Shown here in pieces: positions 49,941 to 62,535 of a DNA stretch of 64,000 nt. The position numbers and the translations under genes are program-made. The stretch comes from the human T2T-CHM13v2.0 reference genome, Homo sapiens. The first letter of the stretch is position 1, and each line of letters starts with the position of its first letter. The notes under the pieces are model-generated. The model did no database searches. It was not told the DNA's origin and saw only the letters and a program-made list of their open reading frames with translations. The DNA is taken from NCBI RefSeq assembly GCF_009914755.1, contig NC_060944.1. The stretch is one strand, 5' to 3'.

Positions 49941-52900
49941 TGAAGAAAGTCATTTAATCTTTCTTTTCTTTTTCACTTTGGCCATTAAAGATGAAAAGAT
50001 GAGGTATGAATTCCACTGAAGAAGCTACAAATCATTTAACTTACTCTATGACTAGATAATTTTAAGATTTGAAGATTCATAGACTCTAAGTCTTAGAATC
50101 CAAGATGTTAAAATTGTACATAGGAAGGAACTTCAGATTATAGAGATTAAGTAACTTGCCCGAGGGCACAAGTAGCAAAGGTGGGATTACACCAGAGACA
50201 GTAGGTTTTACCTTTATGCTATTCTAACACCCAAACTATAAGGCTATAAGCATTTATGATTCCAGGCTTCCAAAATTATGATCTAATGACTTCTAGAATT
50301 TTTTCAGCCACATTTTCAGCTATGCAATAGAATGTATTCACAATAAGGAAAACAGGACAAATTTGAAGTCCTATAAAACACTAAATATTTCAATAGACTT
50401 CTTATGAACACACAACACGATGCAGCTCTAACACTAAACTGAGGGCTGGGAGATCTGGATTCTGGTCATTGCACTGATACCATAGCCAACTGCGAGACCT
50501 GTGCAAGTCACTTTCCCTCTGTTTCTAAGACTCTAAAATCATGAAATTCTCTGAGGTCAGATCAGCTCTCATGGGCCTAGTTAAGAGAGATTTCAGCTCT
50601 TGGTCTAGGGTAGAGGAAGCAACTCTTTCTGTAGGGCAATTTGAAGGAGTTACAGGAATCCAATTCCCAAATATTCTTTTCTCATCCTCAACCTACCCAG
50701 ACTTGTAAAAGTCTATCAATGATGTTGCTAATGGCAGCTGAGGCAGACACCCTCCCTGAGCTTATTACCTGCACTTAGTCTTTCCCTTTCAGCACACAGG
50801 GAGAGCACAGGGATCTCACCAAGAAAAGAGCAAAACCTGAGAATGGAAGACTCCGGGTGTTGAAGCCCTGGTAACTGGGGTGGTGCCCGTGGAGAAGAGG
50901 GCAGGGTAAGGTGCCCTCCACACAACTGTCATGGGTTCTAGAAGGTGGGAAGGATCAAAAAAAATAAAAAAGGATAAGAGGCTGAGAAGGCCCATTTCAA
51001 CCGCCAGTGAGTTTTCCTGGCTGTCTGGTGTCCAGGCCAGTGCTGGGAGGACAAAGGCCTGAGCACGGCTGATGACAACTGCTCCCATCCCCTGAAAGTC
51101 AATGTTTGAGGCAGTGTGCATGCATTCTCTTATTCAATTCTCACAAAACCAAATAATGTAAACACTGAAGCTACTTGGTGTCAGAAAAAAAAGGTGCCAC
51201 TTAGAAGCAGCCTATACAAAATCAGGCCTCAATTTCATAGAAATTGTAAAAAAGGAATTGGTTGGAACGTCATCTTGAAAAGCATTTAAATTTTAAAAAA
51301 TTTACTTAATTTATATTTGCATATAAATATATAGTATAATTGCAAAGAGGCACCAACTCTTATAAGAATAATTGTTGGAAGTGGACGGAAGCTGGCATCA
51401 TTTTTTTTCCAGAATTTATACTATAGTACCAACAAATCCTTCATTTCAAATCTCACATTTATAGCACAATCATTAAAGAGTAATTTTGAAAAATCATTTG
51501 AAATTATTTGAGTGTTCTATCAATTTTCATAGGGGCATCTTTTAATCGAAGGGCTCTCTTTTGAAGTGCCCACAGTATCATTAGCATCGTGAATTTTTTC
51601 TTATTATTATGATTCCATTTTTAACACTCAAAGGCTTTGCCTGTGATCCCTGCAGCTCCCCAATATCACCTGCCTCAACTTCTTGAAATACAACTTTTTC
51701 AAGATCTCAGTTTGCACTTTGCAATGGATATGGATTCTATTTGCACAAAATGGTGTGAGGTTTGCCACACATCAATCAAGGCAAGACCAACCTCCTACAG
51801 CAGAGGGTTTCTGGGCTCCACGCCTCCTCTCCCAGCTGCCTGACCTCAGCGCACTGGTGCAAGACAGTACTACTCACACCGAGTCCCACCTTGGGCTTCC
51901 AAAACCCTTTCCTTTTCTCTGCCTCAGATTTCTCTGTAAACACGAAATGCCACCTCCCCACTACAGGCACATCCCCACCTCTCCTCCTTCATGAGACAAT
52001 TCTCAGGCATAGTCCACCCAGTTCTTCAGAGGGTCTCCAGTGTCATTGGGCCCCAGTTTTCCACAGGGCCATCCAGCTCAATAACTCACTCTTTCTTGGC
52101 CGACCCCCTGCAAAGCTAGTATCTCTCTCCCTGCTCCCTCATCCCAACCTCTCAGCATCACCCTCCAACCACCTACCCCCAAGTCCTGGGTTCAGGCTCT
52201 GCTTTCAGGGGAACCCAAATAAAGATACCCACAAAGATATTTCCATGAGAGGAAGCACAGCCCTGAGATGCATGCAGTGTTGAGTAGGGAGGGGCTTGGA
52301 GTGGGAGCTAATTTTATATGTAATCGATTTATTTTTGAAAATTTGTATTTTCTATAACTTTTGCTTCTCAACACCATCGTCCTAGCTCAGGAGAATTACA
52401 TAATAAATACTCAGATAAGGAAGATTCCCTGAACTATCATTTCTCTATTTTACAGACAAAAATACTGAGGATGGGAGAACATAAGCGACTTGCAGCAGAT
52501 CCCACAACTGGTAAATAGAGCAGAGTTGGAAGCTGGAATTCATGCCAAGGTTTCTCACTCACCGGCTTTACAACCTTAAGCAGCCTTCACTTCTTTGAGC
52601 CTCAGTTTCCTTCTGTAACCCACAAATGGCACAAACAGTATAGGGAAGTTCTATGCATTGAAGTCCATTCACATGAGTGTGCTTTACTGTCTGCGTGCTG
52701 TAAATGTTTGAGACATTACTACCAATATTTTCTGCCATGTAACATGATGTGTTTACTTCCCAATAGCACAATTCTCCCCCTGTTTTGTGAATGAGAAAAT
52801 GAAGAGAGATATAGTTTGTAGATTTTAAAGTCCAATATACATTCAAGGAATTAATTTTACTGCTATGCAAGCTTGGACCACTCACTTGCCTTCTCTGACT

Positions 52901-53382
52901 TTTACAGTTGTCAGAACAATGGGATGACGGTTAAGATTTCTTCTAGGCATGATACTTTATGACCTCATGGAATTCACAGATCTACCAAGCATTGGTCCAA
53001 CCCGTCTAAAGACACCATTGGCCCTAGAATTTAGTTTCCCAAGCTCTTCAAATCTTCTTCCTATAAAATAATGATAATAATAAAATTGAATTCCCAGAAG
53101 ATATCCTGTCTCCATTTTACAGATGAAAGAAGTGAGTTCTGAGAAGTGCTGTAAATAATAATAATAATAACAATTGCCACTTCTGAGTAGTTAGTATGAG
53201 CAAGGCACTGTCTTACGTGCTTTACAGGTATTATTTCACTAAATTCTTGCCTCAATCAAACAAGGGATGTGCTTGCTTATCATTGAAGGTTCTTCTTCAT
53301 TTTTCATTGAGGAAACTGAGGCTCAGAGAAGTCCCCACCCCAACTCTGCACTACCTCAGCTGAGCAGAGAGAGAGATCTTAC

Positions 53383-53691
53383 CCCGGAGGTACTGGTCCA
53401 GGCCAGTGGTTTTCTGGAAAAACCACGTCAACTTGTGCTCCACATGGCAAACGACGTGGGAGAACACATCATCATCCATCAGCGGGACAAGCACACTGCT
53501 GGTCACATTGTAGGTGTGTCCACTGTACTGGACGCTGGTCTGGGGGTTTGGGAGCTCGTGTTTGTTTTTAAGCCAGGTCACAGTAACCTGGTGTGTCGAG
53601 AACCCAGAGGATGCATAGGTCAATCGGATCCTTGTGCCAGGCTCAGATCGCTGAAGGGGGCCTTGCAACTTGTAAGGCTGGACACTCTGGC
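53383..53691 (-). pseudogene. Exon 4: Ig-C1 domain (second D2-like), open frame, first Cys replaced by Tyr
   Basis: Acceptor tccttgcag|GC, 309 nt, no stop. GQSVQPYKLQGP...LTYASSGFS...VTWLKN...VVCHVEH...DQYLR. Donor G|gtaaga. Confidence 0.88.
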
Positions 53692-54479
53692 CTGCAAGGA
53701 TAGACCCCTCCCATGAGAGGGCACAGAGGTGCCTGAACCCCAGTGTGAACAAATACACAGCATCTGCCAAGAAGCCCATTGCTTCCTCTTTCATAAGATG
53801 TAAAGGTTATGTTCTGATAGGAACCAGTTTCTGAATCTGATAACGGAGGCCGGACAGTGAAACTGTAGCAATGGGCAACAGCAGTTTGTAAGGAGGTCAA
53901 CTCCTACAGATACTGCATAGCGAACACTCACTTGGCACCTACCCTGCCTACAGGCTCTTCCCTAAGTCACTGAGTTCTCACAGCAGCCCTCAGAAGTGGG
54001 TGCTGTTACTATCCCCATTTCACAGATGAGGAAACTGAGGCCAGGCAGGCTAAGTAACTTGTCTAAGGTCCATCAGTCAGTGGCAGAGCTGGGATCTTAG
54101 CCAGGTAGTCAGGCTCCAGGGTCGGCACCCCTTACTGTCACTCAGCCCTACCCTCAGTCTTTGAAAATGGAAGAAAACCTCATTTCTCAGAGGCTGGGTC
54201 ATGGAGAAGAGGCTGGAACCATGGAGAAAAGGTTAGGAGCACAGGCTTTAGGATCTCACTCAACCCAAGTTTACATTTCCACTCTCCACTGAAGCCCAAG
54301 CAACTTAACTCTCTGAGCCTCAGTTTTTTCATCTGTAAAATGGGGGCGATTTTTTTTAATAGAAGAAGAATGGCTTAAATTTTATAACAACTATTCATCC
54401 CATTTTGATATCTGGAGTATAATTAAATTCAGACTTCCTTTGTTTATTTAGCCATTAGTTTTGATGAAGTACATTTTTC

Positions 54480-55263
54480 TTTTCTTTCTTTTTTTAAATT
54501 TTATTTTACTTTAAGTTCTGGGATACATGTACGTAATGTGCAGGTTTGTTGCATAGGTAAACATGTGCCATGGTGGTTTGCTGCACCTATCAACCCGTCA
54601 CCTAGGTATTAAGCCCCGCATGCATTAGCTTTTGGTCCTGATGCTCTCCTTCCCCTCACCTGCTGCAACAGGCCTCGGTGTGTGTTGTTCTCCTCCGTGT
54701 GTCCATGTGTTCTCATTGTTCAGCTCCCACTTATGAGTGAGAACACGTAGTGTTTGAGTTTCTCTTCCTGCATTAGTTTGCTGAGGATGATGGCTTCCAG
54801 CTTTATCCACATCCCTGCAAAGGACACAATCTCATTCCTTTTTATGGCTGCGTAGTATTCCGTGGGGTATATGTACCACATTTTATTTATCCAGTCTATC
54901 ACCAATGGACATTTGGATTGATTCCATGTCAAGGAATTTATTTTACTGCTTTGCTATTGTGAGTAGTGCTGCAATGAACATACGCATGTATGTATCTTTG
55001 TAATAGAATGATTTATATTCCTTTGGGTATGTACCCAGTAATGGGATCGCTGGGTCAAATGGTATTTCTGGTTCTAGATCCTTGAGGAATCACCACACTG
55101 TCTTCCACAATGGTTGAACTAATTTACATTGCCACCAACAGTGTAAAAGCGTTCCTATTGCTCCACAGCCTTGCCAGCATCTGTCATTTCTTGAGTTTTT
55201 AATACTTGCCATTCTGACTGGTGTGAGATGGTATCTAATTGTGGTTTTGATTTGCATTTCTCT
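54480..55263 (-). mobile_element. L1PA 3' end fragment in intron 3
   Basis: Reverse L1 3'UTR and ORF2 C-terminus (ORF 54720-54932). Confidence 0.9.
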
Positions 55264-55773
55264 CAGAGTTAATTAATAAATTAAGTGATGTAACTAGTGT
55301 AGAATATGTAGCACACAGTAATCACTATATAAACGGTAGCCCTCCGCACCATATACTCACAATGACCATCCAAGGAATTATTATTAATCATATTTTTAAT
55401 ATTAACAGATAAAGAAAAGGCTCAGGGAGGGTTAGTGACTCATCCAAGGGCCTCACAGTGAACAGAACTGACATTGTAACCCAGGAATTCTGACTCCAAG
55501 CCAAGGCCTTTTTCTGTTACATCATAGCTGCCTCTACTTCTGCACAGTTGGCTCTATATTAACCAATGACCTTTAATATTGTCCTACTTGCAGCTCAGCT
55601 CTGGGCTAGGCACTGTGGAAACTGCAAACAGTCACTGCAGAGAACTTGCTATGGGCCCCATTGTCCAGATGCCAAGCAGGAGTCAAGGAAAGGAATCTTA
55701 AGCAGGGCTCTTTGAGGTGGGTATAACAATTGTCATTACAACAATGGAAAACTTGACTCAGAAAGGGAGTTGC

Positions 55774-56060
<287 letters not shown>

Positions 56061-57349
56061 AGAAAGGGAGTTGTTTTGTCTTAGGTCACATGGCTGGGGA
56101 CACTGATCTGTTTGACTCCGACGTTTGGCCACCTCGAAACATAAGAGCCAGTCCCTGCTTCAAGGATGTGAGAGTCTAATCACGGAAGATGGGTGTAAAT
56201 GGAATAAAACCCCAGGTCGGGGGACTTTGGGAACGCCCTTGTAGTTTAAATACTAATTGTGAGAACTAACTGGTATGGACCGATAAGACCACACAATTCA
56301 GGAAGAAATAAATATCAGAAATAGAGCATTTAAAATTGAGATTTGAGAAGAGACTTGAGATAACACTAAGCTTTGTATTCTCGGGCAGGATAGGAAAGAA
56401 AAATGCAGAAAAACACATTGAATTTTTGAACAGACACGCCTGCATTCTAACCCCAGCTATGCTGTTTGGAACCTCTGAGACCTTGGTCCCTGTGCTAGCT
56501 CTGGGCTCTGTTGTAGGATCAGATAATGTATTTGAGGATGCCTAGTGTGCAGTAAATGCTCTACGGGTGTCACCCAGTAGGAACAGAGACAGAGTGGGGA
56601 GTTCGTAACAGGTGAGGGTGCTGATGAAGGCATTTATGGGCCAGGTTGGGGAAGGATAGCTGCAATGCTTTGTTAACACCAAATAGAAAGGGGCCTAAAT
56701 GCCAGAAAAGGAAGGGGCTGCCCTTCCCCCTGCAGACCACGGGGCCCCACAAAGCTGCATAGCGGAGCCATATAATCAAAAGGATGCTCCCAGGGGGTTA
56801 ATGTTGCAGCAGTGGGCCAGATATACCGCATGCAGGCAAAAGAGAAAAATAAAAGAAGAAAAAACCAGCATGAGTCAATAAAGAAGTATCGTAACTTGCT
56901 TCTGATCAGAAAGGACCAGTTTTGAGTTTTTCAGCCAGACCTGTATATCCTGCTGGGTGAGTGTTTTTCTTCTCTCTGCTGGACAACAGACAAAAAGGCA
57001 CGGGGAGACTGAAAGCTGAGTGGGATCATTCCTCTTAAGAATTCTTACAGCAGCCAGATAAGAGGCCAATTCCGTCAGGGAGAGAGAGAATGCGAGGTGG
57101 AGGGCCCTGGTGGGAAGATGGGCTGTTGTTGCCGGTCCGGCACCCTTACCCTGGCAGCGGCCTGCGCTGTAATACTCCGAGGCATCCACCCTCACTGCCC
57201 CCAGGGGACTGTCCTTTTTGACTTCACGTGGTTCTGGAGGGCTGTGGGTCCATAGGCTGGCTTACCCCTAGCTCACAAGGCCCGGCCGATCCTAATGACC
57301 TCCACCCACCCTCTCGGACACTGAGCGCCCCCACCGCCCAGCCGGCCCA

Positions 57350-57700
57350 CTCTGGGCCAGTAATTCATTCTCCCGAGCTCATCCCAGCCTCTGGGCCGGT
57401 AGTTCATTCTCCCGAGCTCATCCCAGCCTCTGGGCCGGTAGTTCATTCTCCCGAGCTCATCCCAGCCTCTGGGCCGGTAGTTCATTCTCCCGAGCTCATC
57501 CCAGCCTCTGGGCCGGTAGTTCATTCTCCCGAGCTCATCCCAGCCTCTGGGCCGGTAGTTCATTCTCCCGAGCTCATCCCAGCCTCTGGGCCGGTAGTTC
57601 ATTCTCCCGAGCTCATCCCAGCCTCTGGGCCGGTAGTTCATTCTCCCGAGCTCATCCCAGCCTCTGGGCCGGTAGTTCATTCTCCCGAGCTCATCCCAGC
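57350..57700. repeat. 39-bp minisatellite (VNTR), 9 copies
   Basis: Unit ctctgggccggtagttcattctcccgagctcatcccagc. Copies 2-9 look identical; copy 1 has two substitutions. Confidence 0.97.
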
Positions 57701-57838
57701 CGGGCGGAAGGAGCGCCGCCCGCGCTCTCTGGGTCTGAACTGCCGGCCGACAGCTCCCTCTTGTGGAGAAAACGGTTTGAGGCCGCAAAGAGTGAGCAAG
57801 AGACGGAGGCAGAGATTCCAGGCGGCAAGGCGGGCCAG

Positions 57839-58245
57839 AGAAACGATCAGCACGGCCAACAGACGACCCACAAAATGGGAGAAAATATTCGCAAAGCGCG
57901 CATCCGACAAAGGTCGAAGATCCACAATCTATAAGGAACTTAAATAAACTAACAAGTAAAAAAATAACACCATTAAAAAGTGGGCGAAGGATGTGAACAG
58001 CTACTTTTCAAAAGAAGACACACCCGCGGTAAACAAGCATGTGAAAGAATGTTCATCGCTAATCATTAAAGAAATGCAAATTAAAACCACAATGAGATAC
58101 CATCCCACACCAGCCAGAATGGCTATTATTAAAAAGTCAAAAAATAACAGAGGCTGTACACCAAACTGCCCCCAACACAGTTTACCTATGTAAAAACCTG
58201 CACATGGGCCCAGACCTAAAACCAAAGTTAAAAAAATAATAATAA
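57839..58245 (+). mobile_element. L1 3' fragment, CpG-enriched at its left end
   Basis: ORF2 C-terminal motifs ([17 protein letters not shown]) joined to a 3'UTR end and A-rich tail. Confidence 0.85.
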
Positions 58246-58358
58246 GATAATATAAAAATACTCAAAAAAGAGAGAAAGTGAAGAGGACAAGGAAAAAGAG
58301 AAGGATGGAAGGAGAAGGAAAGTGAGGGGGAAAAGGAAAGGGAAAGGAGGAGGAGGAT

Positions 58359-58449
58359 CTGTTTGACCCCGTGTAAGGGCCTGTCCTGACCCCATGTAAG
58401 GGTCTGTCCTGACCCCGTGTAAGGGCCTGCCCTGACCCTACGTAAGGCC
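58359..58449. repeat. About 23-bp tandem repeat, 4 degenerate copies
   Basis: Unit ctgtcctgaccccgtgtaagggc. Confidence 0.85.
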
Positions 58450-58863
58450 GTGCATGGACCCTCTTTTCCAGCTGAATTCAGAATTCTGGCCTCTGTTTAA
58501 AGTTGCCATCCAGAAACTTTCAACTGTGCCAGTCTTGATTAATAGCCTTTCTAGAAGGCACTTTGGTGCTCAGCAGTCCTTAACCTCTGCCATTTCTTGC
58601 AGTCAAGTGTTAAGGTGGAGAACTTTCAACATCAAGAATGCATGGAATTAGGGAAGGGGAGTCCCACCCTTTCTTCTTGGGGAGGGTGTGGAGGAAGGCG
58701 TGAGAAGTGGAGTCTGGGGGCGAATGTGTGAGAGTTGTATCACCAGCTGCGGGTATCCTTCCTTCCTTCACCATCATCCAATGCCGCCCTGAGTCTCTGA
58801 CCCTCCCCAGCCGTGCTGCCCACAGGGGATGTCCAGAGGGGCTGGGCCAGAGGCTGTACCCAC

Positions 58864-59192
58864 CTTTCCCCTGCCTGCGCACCTGGGCTTGCAGGGTGAC
58901 GTTGGCCTTGAGTGGGGGCTGCTCATCGTGGACCACCCAGCAAGCAAACTCACGCTCCTCCAGCGTGGCCTCTGCCTGCCACGTGTGCTCCAGAGAGTAT
59001 GTCCCATCTGGATTTCTGGTGGCCTGAGGGGACGAGGGGACACCAGGGTCTGGATCATGCTCCTGTTCTCCATCCAGGTGAGTCGCAGGTGGGCGAGATA
59101 GAAGTGGAGGACCTGGCAGGTGAGATTCACTCTGTCTTGCACATGTACATGGGTCCCAGAGGTTTCAGTGGTGATCTTCAGGGTGGGGACAA
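58864..59192 (-). pseudogene. Exon 3: Ig-C1 domain (SIRP D3-like), frameshifted
   Basis: Acceptor cctctgtctag|TT. VVPTLKIT...VNLTCQVLHFY...LTWMEN. Length 329 = 321 + 8. Removing one gaggggac copy (59026-59041) restores ...RNPDGTYSLEH...FACWVVHDEQPPLKANVTL...QGK. Donor G|gtgggt. Confidence 0.92.
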
Positions 59193-60005
59193 CTAGACAG
59201 AGGAATAGGAAGTAAGACCTGGTGAAATCAGCCCCTGCCTGTGGCCACCCATGCTTCCCTCTCCCAGGGAACAGCCTCAAGGTCTCTCGCCTTTTTTTAA
59301 AGAAATATTTTTTTCTTGTATGCGTAATGTAAAGCAAATAGGGCTAAATGTTAATATTCATTAAATATGGGTAAGGGTACCTGGGTGTCTGCTATATTCT
59401 GTATTTTTGAAATATTTCATATCAGAAAATATAATTTTAAGAATTAGTAAAAGGTGATGCCCATGACGACAGGGACTTTATTTTGCTCGTTGCTGCATCC
59501 CCAGCACTGAGCACAGGGTCTGGCATACAGTGGATATTCATTATTATTAAATGAATAATAAACATTTTAAAAAAAAACTGTAACAATGACATTAATAGAA
59601 CAAAGATGTTTAGAAAGGGAGTCTGGGACCAGATAATAACAAGATCAAACATTCGTAAGTAAGTCACTGCATGCCAGGCACTGTTATGTGTGTTTTATAA
59701 GGAATAATTCATTTAATCTTCACAGGACAGCTATGAAGTAGGTCCTCATTTTTTTCCTGTTATATAAAGAAACTGGTATTAAATAGTCAAGTAACTCACA
59801 AGATCCCACAAGTTGTAAAGTGGCACAGCTAGGATTAAAACCCAGACAGCGAGCCCCTGGAACCTGCGCTTATAACCACAATACACATGATCAGAAATCC
59901 ATGAGGAATTTCATTTCCCCATTTATGAAATGAGGCTTTGGGCAAAAACCCTGAAAGCTGGATGCTTCCAGGGTTAATGTCCACCCCACCTGACTGCCCA
60001 TTCAC

Positions 60006-60329
60006 CTCAGAGCACTTGGGAGAGATTCATGGTTGTTTTCAGGGGCTCTGCCAGGGCCCTGTGGGTGACTTCGCAGGTGATCTCAGATGAGACATCCTGT
60101 CGGGTCAGTGTCACCCATGCCTTGCTGGTGATGAAGTCATTGCCTCCATTGTCAGGCACCAGGCGCTGAGCTGAGGCTGGATGTTCATCACTGTCCTTCA
60201 ACCACGTAACATTGAAGTCCCGGGAGAAGTCCTGGGAGTTGAAGGGGACAGCAGTACAGTTGAAAGGCACTGAGTCTCCAGGGCTTGTCCTGTGAGATGG
60301 ACCAGTCAGAGAGATGAAGGGCTGTCCAG
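60006..60329 (-). pseudogene. Exon 2: Ig-C1 domain (SIRP D2-like) ending in a premature TGA
   Basis: Acceptor tctttccttag|CT, 324 nt. AGQPFISLTGP...FNC...VTWLK...EITCEVTH...MNLSQVL*. Both Cys and the Trp are kept. TGA-G|gtgaa sits where SIRP D2 exons end in Arg CGA-G|gt. Confidence 0.92.
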
Positions 60330-62250
60330 CTAAGGAAAGAGCAATTGTGATTGTACACTGAGAGTGGGACACACCCCACAGGCACCAGTGGCACCAGAGC
60401 TGTGTCAGGCCCTGGGGGCCTACTATATGCTGTGTCTGATTCTGTCTTCAGGCAGCATATCGGCATTTGATCATAAGAAAACAAGCAAATGCAAATGTGA
60501 TTATGACTGATCCCAGTGCCATCAAGGAAACCCAAAGACTGCATAGATGGAGAATACAGGGAGGACTTATTCTAGAAGGGCAGCTGGGGAAGAATTACTT
60601 GAGGAGGTGACATCATTGAGCTGAAACTCAGGAATGAATAGGAGCCAGCAATGGGAAGGGACAGAGGAAGGACATTCCAGACAGCGGGGACAGCAGGAGA
60701 GAAGGACCTCAGGCAGGAAGGGCTTGGTGGGCTTGAGAAACTGAGAAGTCTGTAGGGGACCCTAGTGTCATGGCAAAGAGGTCCAGAGTGAGAAGAGCCT
60801 GGGGACCATGGTGATGATCTTGATTCTATTCTGAGAGTGATGGGAAACCAGCAGAGACTTTAACAGAGGGGCAAAGTGGTCTGATGTACATTTTTTAGAG
60901 GATAACTGGGGTTGTTGTGTGGAGAATGGGAAGGAGCGTGGCAGGAATGGAAGCAGGGAGACCAGTGGGGAAGCTGGTACAGACCTCCAGGCCAAGGTGA
61001 TGGTAGCCTGGACTAGGGTGGTGAGAAAAGGAGGCTCGAGACACATTTGGAAGATACAGCCCACAGGACTCAGTGATGGGCGGGATGGGGGGTGAGGGAC
61101 AGAATGAATTCTGGATCAACAATTCCCAGGTTTTCTCTAGAGCAGCTGTGTGGGTGGTAGCTCTACTTTTTGAGCTGGGAAGATCTGGAGAAGGACCAAG
61201 TTGGGATAGGAAGGGAATGGTGATGAATCAGGATTTCCATTGTGGATGTAAGTTTATAAGGACTTGAGTGTAAAGTCAAGAATCACCCCAACAGGGATGG
61301 TTGGCCCCCCTACTCGGGTGCCTCCCATCAACACTTCACTAGACCCCCGTTGTCTGCTTGCTTACCTGCAGTGACAGGGAGCTGTCTCCATGAGAAGCAG
61401 CTCCATTCACCCTCACACCCAGCTAGGACTATGACAAAATATTTCCTGCTTCTGGGATATAACCTGGGATCTGTCTCCCAGAATTTTCCCAGGAAAACTG
61501 CAGGATGAGACTCACCCCTCCTTCTAAGGACAGCCTTGCAGAGCTCTGGAGCAAGAAACTCCCCAAGTCTTCACAGCATTCCCTAAGCCCCTGCTCTGCA
61601 CCAGGTCAAGAGCTGGGTGCTGAGACCACAGAGATGAGTCAGACAGGACCCCCACCCTTGAGAAGCATCTGGTCAGATGGGGGTGAAAGGCAAATAAACA
61701 ACCAATGACAAGCAGGATGACAGGCAGAGGGCAGTGCAGGAGGCCATAGGAACTTGTCCTCTTAGCACACAGCTCTGGTACCTTCTGGACTGTGCTCTGC
61801 CCTCATCACCCACCCTGCACACAGCACCGTGTGGTTCAGAAAACATTTTCAGCCATGTGTGCTTCTTTTCTTCCACATCTCAGCTGTGGGAGGCTGGTAT
61901 TATTGTCCTCACTTTCCAGAAAAGGAAACAGAGATTCAGAAAGGTCTCGTGACTTGCTCAAGGTCACACAGCCTATCAGTGGCTAAAGAGGGAGGGTAAG
62001 AAGGCCTGTCTGACTTTGGGTCCAGGACTCTTCCATGCCTCCAATGCCGGAGGCTCCATCACTCTGGCGACTTCTCTCTCTCTCTTTTTTTTCTCTCTCT
62101 CTCTTTCTTTCTCTCGCTCTGTCTTTTCCACCCTTACACCCTCTCTGACCCAGAACAGGTAGCCACCCAGACTAGAGCTGACATCGGGAAAACTGGGAGG
62201 TGGGCTCCTCTTTTACCCCCTGACCTCCCCCGAGCCCCTCACCCTTAGGT

Positions 62251-62262
62251 CACTTCCTCTTC
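62251..62262 (-). promoter_or_regulatory. PU.1/SPI1-type ETS site in intron 1
   Basis: Minus strand reads GAAGAGGAAGTG, near-consensus for PU.1, about 210 bp into intron 1. A second GGAAGTG lies at about 62715-62721, upstream of the ATG. Confidence 0.45.
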
Positions 62263-62471
62263 TGACCCCCAAGCTCCCACCAGCTCCCTTTGTCCGCAAG
62301 GTCTACATTGAAGAAAAGATGCAAAACAGCACCTGACTGGCAGGAAAACAGCTCAGTCACCTCCTCTGAGCCTCAGTCTTCCTTCAGAAAGACACAGTGG
62401 CTGGATTTGGTCATTCCTGGGGGTCTCCTTGCCTGCCCTGAGGGTCTCTCTGGGCAGGAATCAGGACTCAC

Positions 62472-62535
62472 CTGTGAGTCCCAGCAGAAGGGTGGGCAGG
62501 AGGGAGCCCAGGGCCCGCCCAGGTGTGGTAGCCAT
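62472..62535 (-). pseudogene. Exon 1: SIRP-type signal peptide MATTPGRALGSLLPTLLLGLT
   Basis: ATG in strong Kozak context (tcaccATGG). 64 coding nt (phase 1). Ends in LLLGLT like SIRPG/SIRPB1 leaders. Donor G|gtgagt at 62471-62466. Too short for the ORF track. Confidence 0.88.

Noticed and set aside
57140-57230. DASEYYS motif and a donor-like CAGG|gtaagg as a possible hidden IgV exon
   Set aside because: No Cys after YY, and no upstream Cys/Trp framework or EEELQ-like start.
57350-57700. Possible CRISPR-like array
   Set aside because: Head-to-tail repeats with no unique spacers, in mammalian DNA.
57228-57947. 239-aa (+) and 171-aa (-) ORFs with 13-aa repeats
   Set aside because: Artefact of the 39-bp VNTR running into an L1 fragment. 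No independent coding evidence.
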